The notes under the pieces: generated by a model
Database searches by the model: none
What the model was told of the DNA's origin: nothing
The model's input: only the letters and a program-made list of their open reading frames with translations
Shown: positions 1 through 11,054 of the stretch, in pieces
Position numbering within the stretch: the stretch's first letter is position 1
Layout of the letters: each line of letters opens with the position of its first letter
Position numbers and translations under genes: made by a program
Assembly (NCBI GenBank): GCA_965219415.1
Contig: CBDCNP010000002.1
Span: 2,656,001 to 2,720,000, forward strand
DNA: 64,000 nt
Reading direction: 5' to 3'
DNA from: Candidatus Marinacidobacterales bacterium
GTDB lineage: Bacteria > Acidobacteriota > Vicinamibacteria > Marinacidobacterales > DATDRI01

Positions 1-756
1 GATGCCGGCGACGCCACACTGAACCCCTGCTCGGTGGCGGGCGACGCAGACTGCGCGGCGGGCGACCGGTTCGGCCCCTACCTCTTCACCAACATCACCA
101 ACATCCACCGCCCCTATGACGCGGACCAGCAGGTGCAGCGGTTCTTCGGCGAGCTCGCGCTGAGCGTCGGCCCCAGAGTCAACACGCAGGTCGCTGCGAA
201 CTACGAGTTCTACAATGTCGCCGGCCGCCACGTCAGCAGCTTCGACCCGAAGATCGGCGGGCGCCTGCAGGTGGCGGAGAACCTCCACTACTCGCTGGCG
301 TTCCGCGGCTCGGTGCAGACCACCTTCCGGACGCCGTCGCTGGACGACCTCAACACCAGCCCGCTGACGACCCTCGAGTGGATCTCGGAGACGGGCGCCT
401 ACCAGGCGGTGGACCGTTTCGGGCGCCCTGACCTCCTCCCCGAGCACGCGTTCACCTACAACGTCGGCGCCGTGCTCTTCCTGGAGGGAAGCATCGAAGC
501 GACGGTCGACTACTGGAGCTACGACTTCGAGAACGTGATTGGGTCGATGCCCTACGATGCCGTCACCAGCCTCTACAACAGCGACAATCCGGTGACCCAG
601 GAGGCCCTGTCACCATTCATCGTCTGTCCGGGAGGCAGGGCCTCGGACCTGATGCCTGAGAGCAGGTGCGCCGCCGCGAACCTTGAGCGTGTCCAGATCG
701 ACCTCGTGAATTGGCCGGGGCTCACGACCTCCGGGATCGACACGCACTTTGTCTAG
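1..756 (+). pseudogene. TonB-dependent receptor, partial beta-barrel; 5' end outside window, 3' truncated
   Basis: Barrel motifs FDPKIGGR, FRTPSLDDL, LLPEHAFTYNVG, TVDYWSYDFEN, GLTTSGID; stops before the usual C-terminal strands. Confidence 0.7.
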
Positions 757-889
757 TCAGTCACGATAACGGTCGGCGCAGTGCGTCGCGCTAAATGTGC
801 AATTTACGTCCGCTGCTAACATTCTTGAACGTTAGGCACGGCGTGGTCAGCCGCGGCAGGCATCGCCCAAAGAACTGCGTCTCTCGAAA

Positions 890-1184
890 TGAACCGCTCC
901 GGGTTTTCCGGAGATTGTTTTAGTTGAGTCTCGCCATCTCTAGCGAGCCTTCCTGCGACCGATAGTAGTTCATCTCGTACTCGACGGGGGCGACATTTCC
1001 GATCGGCTCCAAGAGTCGTTGCGTGTTGTACCAATGCACCCACTCGAGGGTGGCGAACTCGACGTCTTCGAGACCACGCCAGGGCCCACGTCGACGGATC
1101 ACCTCGGTCTTGTAGAGGCCGATGATGGATTCAGCCAAAGCGTTATCGTAAGAGTCGCCTCGGCTGCCGACGGACGGCTCAATC
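890..1184 (-). mobile_element. IS3-family element, right end plus OrfB C-terminus only (copy 1)
   Basis: TGAACCGCTCCGGGTTTTCCGGAGA terminus; near-identical to 20959-22276; encodes [11 protein letters not shown]...WYNTQRL. Confidence 0.9.
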
Positions 1185-3720
1185 CGGCAAGTTCAACTGG
1201 CATGAAGCGGTCTGGCATTTGCGTGTAGCCAGTCCCTCGAGCACTGTTCCAGCAGCTCTCCGACCCCGGCCGCCTGCAACCGCTCGGCCTGGTCGAGGTG
1301 CTGGACTGGACTTCCGCCGCGCTTGACCGGGTAGACCGGTCGTCGTTCTTCACCCGCTTTAGGGAAGGCGAAGAGGTGCCTTATTTCTACGAACCGTTCC
1401 TGGAATCCTTCGACCCTCATCTGCGTAAGCAGTTGGGGGTTTGGTTACACGCCGACCGAGGTGGTGCGCTACATGGTTGCCCGCGTGGACAAGGCGCTCA
1501 AGGATGACCTCGACATTTCAGACGGGCTCGCGGCAGAGAATGTCTACGTGCTCGACCCGTGTTGTGGAACCGGAGCCTATCTCACCGAAGTGCTGCGCCG
1601 CATCGCGGCCAATCTAGAGAGAAGGGGCCTGGGTGCGCTCACGGGCGCGCGGGTCAAACAGGCTGCAATGGAGCGTGTGTTCGGTTTCGAGATCATGCCC
1701 GCACCGTTCGTCGTCTCCCATCTACAGGTCGGGATTACCATGCAAGACCTCGACGCGCCGCTGGCGGAGGACGGAGTGGAGCGCCCTGGCGTCTTCCTCA
1801 CCAATGCGCTTACCGGGTGGGAGCCGAAAACGACGAAACCACTGCCTTTCCCTGAACTGGAGGAAGAGCGCGACCGTGCGGAGCGGGTGAAGCAAGAGAC
1901 ACCCATCCTCGTGATCCTTGGCAACCCGCCCTACAACGGCTTCGCCGGTATGGCCGTGGAGGAAGAACGTGAACTTTCCGAAGCCTACCGCACGACCAAG
2001 CGCGTGCGGCGGCCCGAGGGCCAAGGCTTGAACGATCTCTATGTCCGTTTCTTTCGCATGGCGGAACGGCGCATCGTCGAGAAGACGGGCCGGGGCGTCG
2101 TCTGCTTCATCTCCAACTACTCCTGGCTCGACGGGCTGTCCTTCACGGGGATGCGGGAGCGTTACCTTGAAGCGTTCGACGCGGTCCGCGTAGACAATCT
2201 GAATGGCGACAAGTACAAGACAGGCAAGGTCGCGCCCGACGGCACATCGGACCCCAGCATTTTCTCGACGCCGGGCGATCCGGTCGGTATCCAGGTCGGA
2301 ACCGCCATCACGACACTTGTGCGCAAAGCCGACCATGCTCCGGCCGGGGAAGTTGGTTTTCGCCATCTGTGGGGACAAACCAAGTGCGCAGAACTGATGG
2401 CCACGGCGGAGGAGGCACCGGGTACGCTTTACGAAGGCGTCGAGCCGGTCCTGCCGCTCGGCTTGCCGTTCGTGCAGACAGCGGTGAGCGAGGGCTGGTT
2501 TGACTGGCCGTCGCTGCCCGATCTGTTCCCGATCTCGTTTCCTGGCGTCAAGACGAGCCGCGACGGATTTCTCGTCGACGTCGATCTGGACCGGCTCAAG
2601 GCGCGGATCGCCGATTACTTCAATACAGATGTAAGCCATGAAGAGATCGCGCGACGCTATCCGAGCGTGATGAAGACCACGGCGCGGTTTGATGCCCGAG
2701 CAATCCGCGATGCGCTGCTCGCGCGCGGCGGCCCGACCGAAGACGGTTTTGTCCGTTTCACCTACCGGCCTTTCGACAATCGCTGGCTCTATTGGGAGGC
2801 GGATACAAAGTTGCTCGACGAAAAGCGTGCAGACTACCGGCCCCATGTGTTCGAGGGAAATGTGTGGTTGTCTGCCGCGCAGCATCGGCGGAAGGGTGCC
2901 GAAGAACCGCAATCTTGTTTCACGAAGCATATGGGCTCGCTGCATCTGATCGAGCGTGGCGCACTGATGTTTCCGGTCCGGCTTCGGAATGACGGCATCG
3001 GCGGTAACGACACGAAACGGTGCCCCAACCTGTCGGGCGCGGCGCAACGCTATCTCGAACGTTCTCGGCGCGAGCGTGGAAGATCTGTTCCACCACGTCC
3101 TCGCAACCCTCCACGATCCCACCTACCGCAAGGCGAACGCCGGGGCACTGCACATGGAATGGCCGCGCATTCCGCTACCAGGTTGGCCGGACGGTGCGGT
3201 AGAGGGCGCGGCGGAGGTGCTCGCCGCGTCAGCGGTGCAGGGTCGGGATCTCGCCCGGCTGCTCGATCCGGAGACGCCCGTCCCGGGTGTCACGCAAGGC
3301 GCATTGCGGCCGGAGATTGCCGCAATCGCCGTACCCACAACGACGGACGGACACAACATGACCGGCGACGATTTTTCGGTGACGGCAGGATGGGGACACT
3401 TCGGAATTGGCGACGCCGTGATGCCTGGCCAAGGCCGGGTTGTCGAGCGTCCCTGCACGCCGGAGGAGCTGGTCGCTTTGGGCGAGACAGTTGCCACTCT
3501 CGGCGAGACGACGTTCGACGTGTATCTCAATGCCCGCGCCTTCTGGCGCAACGTCCCTGCTTCCGTCTGGCGCTACAAACTGGGCGGCTACCAGGTTCTC
3601 AAGAAATGGCTCTCCTACCGTGAGCGCTCTATCCTCGACCGTCCGCTCAAACCCGAGGAAATCCAGCATTTTGCTGACGCCGGTCGGCGGATTGCGACGA
3701 TGGCGCTTACCCCCGTTTGA
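1185..3720 (+). pseudogene. Type ISP/IIG-like N6-adenine DNA methyltransferase with C-terminal specificity domain; 5' truncated by IS, frameshifts near 1440 and 3060
   Basis: YFYEPFLESFD, VLDPCCGTG (motif I), ILGNPPY (motif IV), YRPFD, YKLGGYQVLKKWLSYR spread across ORFs 1298, 1461 and 2989. Confidence 0.85.
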
Positions 3721-3929
3721 AAACACTGCCGCTAGCCGCTTAGGAGTCTACGCCAGAGCTTTCTGAATGGTGCGTTGACGCGCCCGATCGACCCAGACCC
3801 GATTCTGCGCCGGCCCCTGCTGGGATTTTCCACGTCGCTGAAGACCCGACCTGTCGCTCGTGTCAGAAAATGCGAACGGAGCCGAAAGCTCGAATCCTGG
3901 AGGCGATCTCGAAATTCGCGGAGACCCGC

Positions 3930-4010
3930 CGGCGCCACCGGCGTCTTAGGAACGTGGAGAGGCTCGCTCGTGCGACTGTTTTCGAATATCCGGCTTATTT
4001 GTTCTGGACG
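3930..4010 (+). mobile_element. Internal remnant of the type-B rve element 5' region
   Basis: Reverse complement of about 16850-16922, and partly of 6710-6742. Confidence 0.6.
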
Positions 4011-4544
4011 CCAGGGCTGACCCCTAGGCGGTCGTGGAGATCCTCGCCTATTCGAACGAGGTGACACCAATACCCTAGGAGGGTGACCTTACGACCGGCG
4101 ATTCGAGTTCCCCAGTACGCGCAGGAAAACACCGTCCAGAAAAAAATGCCACGTTCCGAAGCGAAGCTCTGGATCCGGGCCTGGGGAAAGATGGACATCA
4201 AGGAAGCCTGGGCCGCAACTGGACCAGAACGTGCTAGCCGGCTACGCCACGGTAGCTCTGGCCTCGATTCTGGACCCCTCGGGTGACCTCTTTTTGGCGG
4301 CCGCACGACCCGGTCAGCGCCCGTTCTCCTATTTGGGCGCAAACATGGCACTCGAAAATCGAGATTAGAGACGAATACCGAAAATGAGGCCCATTCAGCC
4401 CTTCTAGCGCGTCTCTGGTGCCACCTGATCCTGCAAAACGCCGCCAACCGCGCGGAAAATCTCACCCGTCTCTGCAGTGCCACAATTTGCCAGACTGGGT
4501 GGCGGATGGTGCAGTTTGGAGCTAGCCGGTCTCAGCTGGCAGCC

Positions 4545-4710
4545 ATGAATAACAGGGAATTTAGGCTATTTGGGGGCTGATTGGGCCGTTTTTTGCATGT
4601 GGTAACCCTCTATATTTCAGATGGTTAGATAGCAATTCCCTGTTCCGAAATAGCAGGGAATTTGAGATGACCGAACAGGGAATTGCTCTGGAAGAACAGG
4701 GAATTGAGAT
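4545..4710. repeat. Cluster of (A)CAGGGAATT direct and inverted repeats
   Basis: AACAGGGAATTT, AATTCCCTGTT, AGCAGGGAATTT and two AACAGGGAATTG; part is recopied inverted at 27197-27324. Confidence 0.8.
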
Positions 4711-4799
4711 GAGCAGCACGTGACGGGTTGGTTAAAGAAGGGTGCGATGAAGTCCCGCCCGGAGTTGCGTCTGATTCCCAAGCTCAGGCGATACACCCA

Positions 4800-5441
4800 T
4801 CAGGGCAACCTTGTGCCATTCCTCGGAGGAGGCGTGGGTAGCATCGCCCAGCTAATGCACCGCTCGGCATCATCAAGCCAACTTGCCGCACCGGGATCCT
4901 TAAGCAGGGGTAGTCCAAGCTTGACCAGACAACAAGGCAAATCCAACTCCTCCGGTAGCTCCGTCCCCAACCAGCGCACGCCCTTTGCTGCGCCCTCAAT
5001 CGTCCAGGCTGTCACGCACTGAACCATGACCCGGTGCTCGGGTCCCTGGATGAGCCACCCCACTGCGCCGACCCAGGTGTTCCTGATGCTTAGAAAGTAT
5101 TCGGGGAATCCGGGTAACGGCACCGCTTGCCCGCCGGTGGCCACCTTGATGATGGACTGCAACGCAGCCAATGTCTCGGAGCGAACATCCGAGCGTGGCA
5201 TCTGGAACACGTGGTGCGTCGATAGGTGGTAGTGGTGCATCATCGACTCGCTGGCGAAGGAATGTCCAAGGGTAGCAACCCGTTCGCCAACATCTCCCTC
5301 GCCCGTTGGCTCCTCCGGCCGAATTGGTGGGGGTTCTGGAACCTGCAATGCTTTGGTTTCCGTCGGATTCTCAGTGTCCGCCTTCGCCCGCTTTTTACGC
5401 CGGGCACGTCGCCAGCGTGCATCCGTCGTTCGGTAGGACAT
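4800..5441 (-). CDS. Hypothetical protein downstream of HU
   Basis: ORF from MSYRTTDARW; duplicated at 28199-28710. Confidence 0.5.
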   Translation of the reverse strand: MSYRTTDARWRRARRKKRAKADTENPTETKALQVPEPPPIRPEEPTGEGDVGERVATLGHSFASESMMHHYHLSTHHVFQMPRSDVRSETLAALQSIIKVATGGQAVPLPGFPEYFLSIRNTWVGAVGWLIQGPEHRVMVQCVTAWTIEGAAKGVRWLGTELPEELDLPCCLVKLGLPLLKDPGAASWLDDAERCISWAMLPTPPPRNGTRLP

Positions 5442-5461
5442 TCCGAGGCGTCGCTTGTGAG

Positions 5462-5761
5462 CTACTTCTTCGGTGAGACGACGGCGTCCAGGCAAGCTTT
5501 CGCTACTCGAAACTTGACTACCGTCTTTTTCGGGATTCGAATCTGTTCGCCGGTCCGGGGGTTGTGTCCCTTGCGCGCCTTTCGTTGCGCCTTCACGAGT
5601 TTTCCAATTCCGGGAATGATGAACTGGCCCGTCCGCTTCGTCTCTTTCGCCGCGAGATCGGCAATCGACTTGAACCATGCCGCGGCCTGCTTTTTCGGAA
5701 CCTGCATCGCTTCCGACATCTGGGCCACGATTTGGGTTTTGGTCATGGGTTTTTTCGCCAT
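5462..5761 (-). CDS. HU-family histone-like DNA-binding protein
   Basis: MTKTQIV...IPGIGKLVKAQRKARKGHNPRTGEQIRIPKKTVVKFRVAK. Confidence 0.92.
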   Translation of the reverse strand: MAKKPMTKTQIVAQMSEAMQVPKKQAAAWFKSIADLAAKETKRTGQFIIPGIGKLVKAQRKARKGHNPRTGEQIRIPKKTVVKFRVAKACLDAVVSPKK

Positions 5762-5989
5762 TCCTCAAGTCTCCTCCGTTTTGAAGCTAACTCAACGTTA
5801 GCCGGTGCACCCACCGCGTGGGCGACCGGAGGTTGGTGCTCGAGCTTCGAGCGAAACTCAAACGGCACTATTTTAGTGGCGTTACACGAAGTTAGCAAGC
5901 CAGAACGGTGTTGGTGCGGTGCTTCCGCCATTAAGTGTTGGTGAGATGACGCTAAGATTTTACGGTGCATTAATTACAGCTAAAATAGA

Positions 5990-6082
5990 GCTCGTGACCT
6001 TCGCTGCGCGCTAAATAGAGCGTAAGCGCCTCTTTTGCAAAGGGATGCGTACACATCACCAACAGTAAACAGCGCAAGCACC
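5990..6082. repeat. 93-bp segment repeated at 27994-28086
   Basis: GCTCGTGACCTTCGCTGCGCGCTAAATAGAGCG...CAGCGCAAGCACC, about 2 mismatches. Confidence 0.85.
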
Positions 6083-6124
6083 GCGCGGGTTAGACCTACC
6101 ATAGTCGGCTGCTTCTGGCCGATT

Positions 6125-6246
6125 TTCTTTTTTGCGGATCACAAGAGACGAGAGCGCGAACAAACGACAAAATCATGCCGGCATGGTCCCGGCAGACCGG
6201 AGACTAATCAAGTTCGGTGCGCCCGGATGAATAAATAGAAGGCACA
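6125..6246 (-). mobile_element. Two stacked rve-element ends (type B ending 6143, type D ending 6246)
   Basis: TTTTTGCGGATCACA; CGGATGAATAAATAGAAGGCACA, with a ~75-bp copy at 32092-32168. Confidence 0.7.
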
Positions 6247-6578
6247 GGTGGCTCAAACTGTTAAGCGACGAGCGGCGGAAGAAAATCTCGGACGAGGTCC
6301 GAACGGCCAAGGAGAAAGACGAGTTTGTCAGCGAGATCGTGTTCGCTCAACTCTCGGACAAGGCCACGATCGTACGCAAGCAGAGGCTGGTCTCTGGCAG
6401 TGGGACACAACTGCGACGCGATTTCAAAGACATCTGTAAGCTGCGCGATTACATCGCTCATGCAAACTACTATGCCGAGAAACCTGAAGCTGCTCGTCAA
6501 GTCTGCGAGGTTGTCAAGAAGATTCGCCGGATCCAAAAGGACCTGCTTACGGAAATCGAAGATCAATCACTCCCCTGA
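6247..6578 (+). pseudogene. C-terminal fragment of a HEPN (RxxxxH) protein, probably Swt1-like/CBS-HEPN
   Basis: ...FKDICKLRDYIAHANYYA...; homologous to 33857-34122. Confidence 0.55.
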
Positions 6579-6597
6579 AGAGATCGGCCGTGGAGCC

Positions 6598-6827
6598 CGT
6601 CCTGTGCCAAAACTCGGCCCTTTTGAAATAGACCATAAATCAGCATCTTGGTGTCTGTGTTCGCGACCGGGCCAAGGGCCGTAGGCTTTACAATCGTCTG
6701 GCCCGAGGGAGCCTCTCCACGTTCATAAGACGCCGGTGGCGTCGTCGGGTCGATCGGCGCGAAAGCAGCTGAACATGGCAGGTCTAAACCGCGCAATCAA
6801 CGCTGGATCGACTTTTTGCGGAGCACA
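6598..6827. mobile_element. 230-bp hybrid mini-element (type-A left end, type-B right end)
   Basis: Begins CGTCCTGTGCCAAAACTCGGCC, ends GGATCGACTTTTTGCGGAGCACA. Confidence 0.75.
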
Positions 6828-6880
6828 GTGAGCATCGAAAAGTCCACCACCCCCGGTGGGAGGAGCGCACGTAGGCAAAG
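6827..6880 (-). pseudogene. 54-bp diverged pilM fragment
   Basis: Encodes LCLRALLPPGVVDFSMLT versus LCLRAPLPPGVVDFSMLT at 63482-63535. Confidence 0.8.
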
Positions 6881-7135
6881 ACCATGTACCCACGCCCACG
6901 GTCGGCGAAGCGGGCAACTGGCAAGCGAGAGCGGTCACTGCGAGGCACCCGAGAGTTTCATGCGGTCGATATACTCAAGGAACTCGATCTTGCGGCTGAA
7001 ACGGTGGACATTCTTGGCGATTCGGCGAAAGACCTGAAGGCCGTGATGAGCGAATCGGGTCACGACCTCACCCTCGTCGATCTCAGCGCCGTGATGGACG
7101 AACCGTGACCGAAGTGAGTAGGCTTCCTTAACATC

Positions 7136-8570
7136 GAAAGTGTGCCAATCTCAGTTGGGAATTGAAACGGCTCCAAACCCCGTGGTTTGATGGCGTTGGA
7201 CAAAACAAAATCAAGCCGCGAAGAAAGGAGCCGAGATGGGAAGTCTGCTACGTTCGGTCAAGAAACGCAAGAAGTCGCGTCGTTTGGGTGAGGTCGAGAT
7301 GGTGAGGCACGAGGATTACGGGGAACTCGCGCTGGACGCCAAGGTAGAGATGATCCGTTGGTTGGTCCCCCTTGGTCTAATGCACGTTCACGAGTTGCTC
7401 GACGACGAAGTGAAGGCGTTGGCGGGAGAGCGATACTCTCGCAAGGACGAGCTGGAGCGCGGTCGCCGTCCCGGAAGCAACCCGGGCACGGTAGGGCTTG
7501 GCGGCCAGCGGGTACCGATCCGTGTGCCACGGGTTCGGAGCATCGAGGGAGGAGAGATTCCGCTTCGCTGCTACGAGGCGGTGAGCCACGGCGGTGAGGT
7601 GAATGATCTTCTGCTGAAACGAGTTCTCTACGGAATCTCTTGTCGCAACTACGAGGCGGCAGCGGAAGCGATTCCGGGCGCCATCGGGCTGTCGAGCTCA
7701 ACGGTGTCCCGAGGGTTCGTGCAAGCGAGCGCTGCGAAGCTGCGGGAGATGCAGGAACGGGATCTGACCGGCGAGGATGTGGTGGCGCTGTTTCTGGATG
7801 GGAAGACATTCGCCGAGGCAACGATGGTCGTGGCTCTGGGCATCACGCTTTGCGGGGAAAAACGCTTCTTGGGCTTCGTGGAGACGGACACGGAGAACGC
7901 GCAGGTGTTGACGCCGTTCCTGCGTTCACTGCTCGAGCGGGGACTCGATATCTCCCAGGGTCTGCTGGTGATCATCGACGGCGGCAAGGGTCTCCAAGCG
8001 GCAGTCAAGAAGGCATTCCGTAAGCGGGCCCTGATACAACGCTGCCAGTGGCACAAACGTGAAAACGTAGTGAGCTACCTGTCCAAGGGCGAGCAGGCGT
8101 CATGGCGCAAGCGGCTCCAGTGGGCCTACAACAGGCCGGAGTACGAAGAGGCCCTCACTGCGCTCGAGCAACTCCACGGTGAGTTAGAAGAGCGGAACCA
8201 ATCCGCAGCTGGCAGCCTGGAGGAAGGCCTCGAGGAGACGCTGACGTTGCATCGACTCGGCGTGCACGCGGTGCTGGGCCGTTCGTTCAAGACGACGAAC
8301 TGCCTTGAGTCCGTCAATGCTCTCGTCGAGGAACGCTGCGCGAAGGTCGACCACTGGAAGAACTCGAGCCAACGCCAGCGCTGGTTGGCAACGGCGCTCG
8401 TAGACATCGAACCGCGCTTGAGGAAGGTGGTGGGCTACCGCCATCTTCCCAAGCTTCGCGAAGCTCTCAAGCGGGAACTGAAGATCGAGGCGAAGACATC
8501 AACCGTATCGAAGAAGAAGGTCGCTTAAACGTGAGCCGTGGAGAGTTTCAACTAAGAATGGGCTTGACTC
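7136..8570 (+). mobile_element. Complete IS256-family element with 8-bp TSD TTAACATC
   Basis: TSD at 7128-7135 and 8571-8578; imperfect 22-bp TIRs; intact transposase. Confidence 0.92.
7236..8528 (+). CDS. IS256-family DDE transposase
   Basis: LFLDGK, IIDGGKGL, QRCQWHKREN, TTNCLESVN motifs. Confidence 0.93.
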   Translation: MGSLLRSVKKRKKSRRLGEVEMVRHEDYGELALDAKVEMIRWLVPLGLMHVHELLDDEVKALAGERYSRKDELERGRRPGSNPGTVGLGGQRVPIRVPRVRSIEGGEIPLRCYEAVSHGGEVNDLLLKRVLYGISCRNYEAAAEAIPGAIGLSSSTVSRGFVQASAAKLREMQERDLTGEDVVALFLDGKTFAEATMVVALGITLCGEKRFLGFVETDTENAQVLTPFLRSLLERGLDISQGLLVIIDGGKGLQAAVKKAFRKRALIQRCQWHKRENVVSYLSKGEQASWRKRLQWAYNRPEYEEALTALEQLHGELEERNQSAAGSLEEGLEETLTLHRLGVHAVLGRSFKTTNCLESVNALVEERCAKVDHWKNSSQRQRWLATALVDIEPRLRKVVGYRHLPKLREALKRELKIEAKTSTVSKKKVA

Positions 8571-9870
8571 TTAACATCCTTCAAGGCGGCCGTCCGTTCC
8601 TGTACCGTGTCATAGGCAAACATCGCTAGTCGTTCGCTCAAGTTGTGAAGAAATAGGCTCCGAACTGTCTCGAAGCAGAATCGATTCCAGCCCGGCGCAG
8701 TACCAGATCATCTTCTCTCTGAGATCTGGCGTGAGTGCCGCCCGACCGAACGTGACCAAACCCATCAGAAGTGCCTCCTCGAACTCGGTGCGTGAGGCAC
8801 GCGCGAGGATATCGCAAACTTCCGAGAGGCAGACATCGAGCAAAATGTCACGCAGTTCGTCGCTAAGTACCATCGTCCTCGGGTGGTCAATGATCGCCCC
8901 GGAAGTGCTCAGCAACTTCCCCGTGGGGTCGGTAACGAAAACGCGGTTCGCCCGCCGCGGTGCGTAACCCCAGCGAGAAACCCTTGATGTGACCCCAGGG
9001 GGTGTGAAGAAGCGAAGCACACCGACCGCCAACTCAACTCGCTCACAGGCGATTTCTTGTGCTCGAATCGGCTCTCCGAAGACGCTGGTCTCCGCTACTG
9101 CGAGACCCTGAAAGTCTTGGCGCATCGATCGGCACAACTCAGCATGTGCTCCGGCAGACGGGCTATCAACCTGCTTGGATTCAAGCTCTTCGAAGATGTG
9201 CTCTGGGAAGGTCGACAGCGTGACCGATCCGAGCGTCAGCGGGGACTGCACATGGAGATCAGACACCGGGAAGAGTAGTCGGTGTTCTGCTGCCGCGCTC
9301 TCCAACGCCTGTAAGAGGTAGTCTACGCACCCCGTGGAACCCTGTCCACGGTGGCGCTCCATCACCCACTCGAAGATCTGCGTGCGCAAGAACTCAACAC
9401 TCGCCGTTGACTGGAACGGTCGGACCCTGGCCATCGACAACGCGAGGGCCTCCAGCTTCTCGTAGTCCGGTCCGATCAGACCTGTGCGCAAGCCTCCAGG
9501 CTCGGCGACGGCGATACCCGTTGGCCTTCCGTGGCGGTCCCGCCAGCCCAGATGGACATCGCCGTCGATGTCTGCGTCGGTAAGCGTTGGCCCCGTGAAA
9601 ACGTTTGGTGTGAAGCTAGGGCGTTCCCGAGAAGGGGCATCTCGGAACGTAGCAACACGGCCGAGTAGACTCCGTCCCAGCTCTTCGAACCGCCTTCTGG
9701 CATCCGCGTGCAACTGCTCGCTCAGGTGGCCCATGGCGTAGGGTTCTCTCGCGGGAAGAGTCGGCGTCTCGGAGCACTACCGCGCCGGTCTGTGCCGCCG
9801 GCGTGCGCGGAGCACGACGGTCCGAAGACGGATGGTCCTGCGCCGTGTACCCGGTGCATGTGCGGTAGTC

Positions 9871-11054
9871 TCATGCAAGAGTGCCACGCGCCGACCCGTC
9901 GCTCCGGAACATCTCAGACGTGAGAGAAGTCATCGGGGTAGCAGCAACTCCCGTGCTGGACTCCCCCACGTGGGCGACCGCGCGCGCCGCATCGACGATC
10001 TCCGCGAATCGGCGTTGAAGATCGAGCGATGGAAGAAACACGCCGCAGGTTCTCACATCGGAGGTTGTAATGGTGTTGAGACCGGACGTGGTCTTACCAC
10101 GTCGCAGCAGGTGCTGGCGCCCGGACGACGAATTCAGGTAGGCAGCGGCGAATGCGGGCACAAGCCGGGAATTGTCAGGGCGCGCCCGGATGAGGTGGTT
10201 TTGGTGCACACAGCTCCGGATGTGACCATCCCATACCGCGACCCTGCCGATCTCGTTGGCGTTTCCGTGGCCCTCGACGATCAACAAGTCGCCTTGCACC
10301 AACCGGGTTCGCATGAGTTCACTTTCGGTGAGACGGATGAGCTTGATGTCGTCAAGAGCAAGCCGATCTCGAAGCACGTTCGCTACTCTGAGATACGGCG
10401 CTTCCATCGGGTAGACGCTTCGCTTCTTCGTGACCTGCAGCCCTCCCTGCACGTCGCACACGTCGCCAATCCCGCGTTGTGGCCAGCGCATGGGGTTCCG
10501 GCCTGGATCCCCGAACATCCTGATGAACAGCGCCGGCACGAACTCCCGCCAACACTCCGCGGTTCGCTTCCGCAGCCTCTCGATCCTGGCGGCCCGGTTC
10601 AGGATGTCCACGATCCGCCTCTGCTCGTCGAGCGGGAGAAGAGGAATTGGAAGTGATTTGAGATCCTTTTGCCTTCGTAGCGATTGGGTGCTTCCTTGTC
10701 CTTTGGCAACGAGTTGGGGTTCGCGGTACTTGATCATCCAGTGCACGAAATCACGGAGCGCTACAGTTTCATCGGGACGAACAGCCGCCAAGCCTCCGCC
10801 CGATGCAGCATCGCTCTCCTGCGATATTTGTAGGACCTATCGGAGCACGAACTGAAATGAGGATGTCGCCAGCTTCGGCGATCTTCCTCGGGGCCACACA
10901 CCACTTCCGAGCGATAGGACTAACCTTCTCCGAAGTCTGCCTTTCCCTGAAAAAAAGGTAAACCCAAGCCGTTCTCGTTGTGTGTACTGCCCGGAGGCGA
11001 CTGGCCAGCGGTGATAGTCGCGACTTCTCCGAGCGGGACTACATCTATACTCAT
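9871..11054 (-). pseudogene. hsdS: Type I RM specificity subunit, N-terminal region frameshifted
   Basis: IPLLPLDEQRRIVDIL, LFIRMFGDP, PSLDLQRRFAEIV; start MSIDVVPLGEV overlaps hsdM stop. Confidence 0.85.

Larger units (their letters stand above)
6935..9734 (-). pseudogene. Apea-like HEPN domain protein split by IS256 and one frameshift
   Basis: N-part 8571-9734 (GLESILL); C-part 6935-7135 reads DVKEAYSLRSRFVHHG with the RxxxxH motif. Confidence 0.7.

Noticed and set aside
1722-3122. Long antisense ORFs (also 11156-12340, 46889-48253, 62023-63141)
   Set aside because: They are shadows of well-supported genes in GC-rich DNA and have no motifs.
4800-5768. 322-aa ORF as a single gene
   Set aside because: Its 5' third is an alternate frame of the HU gene.
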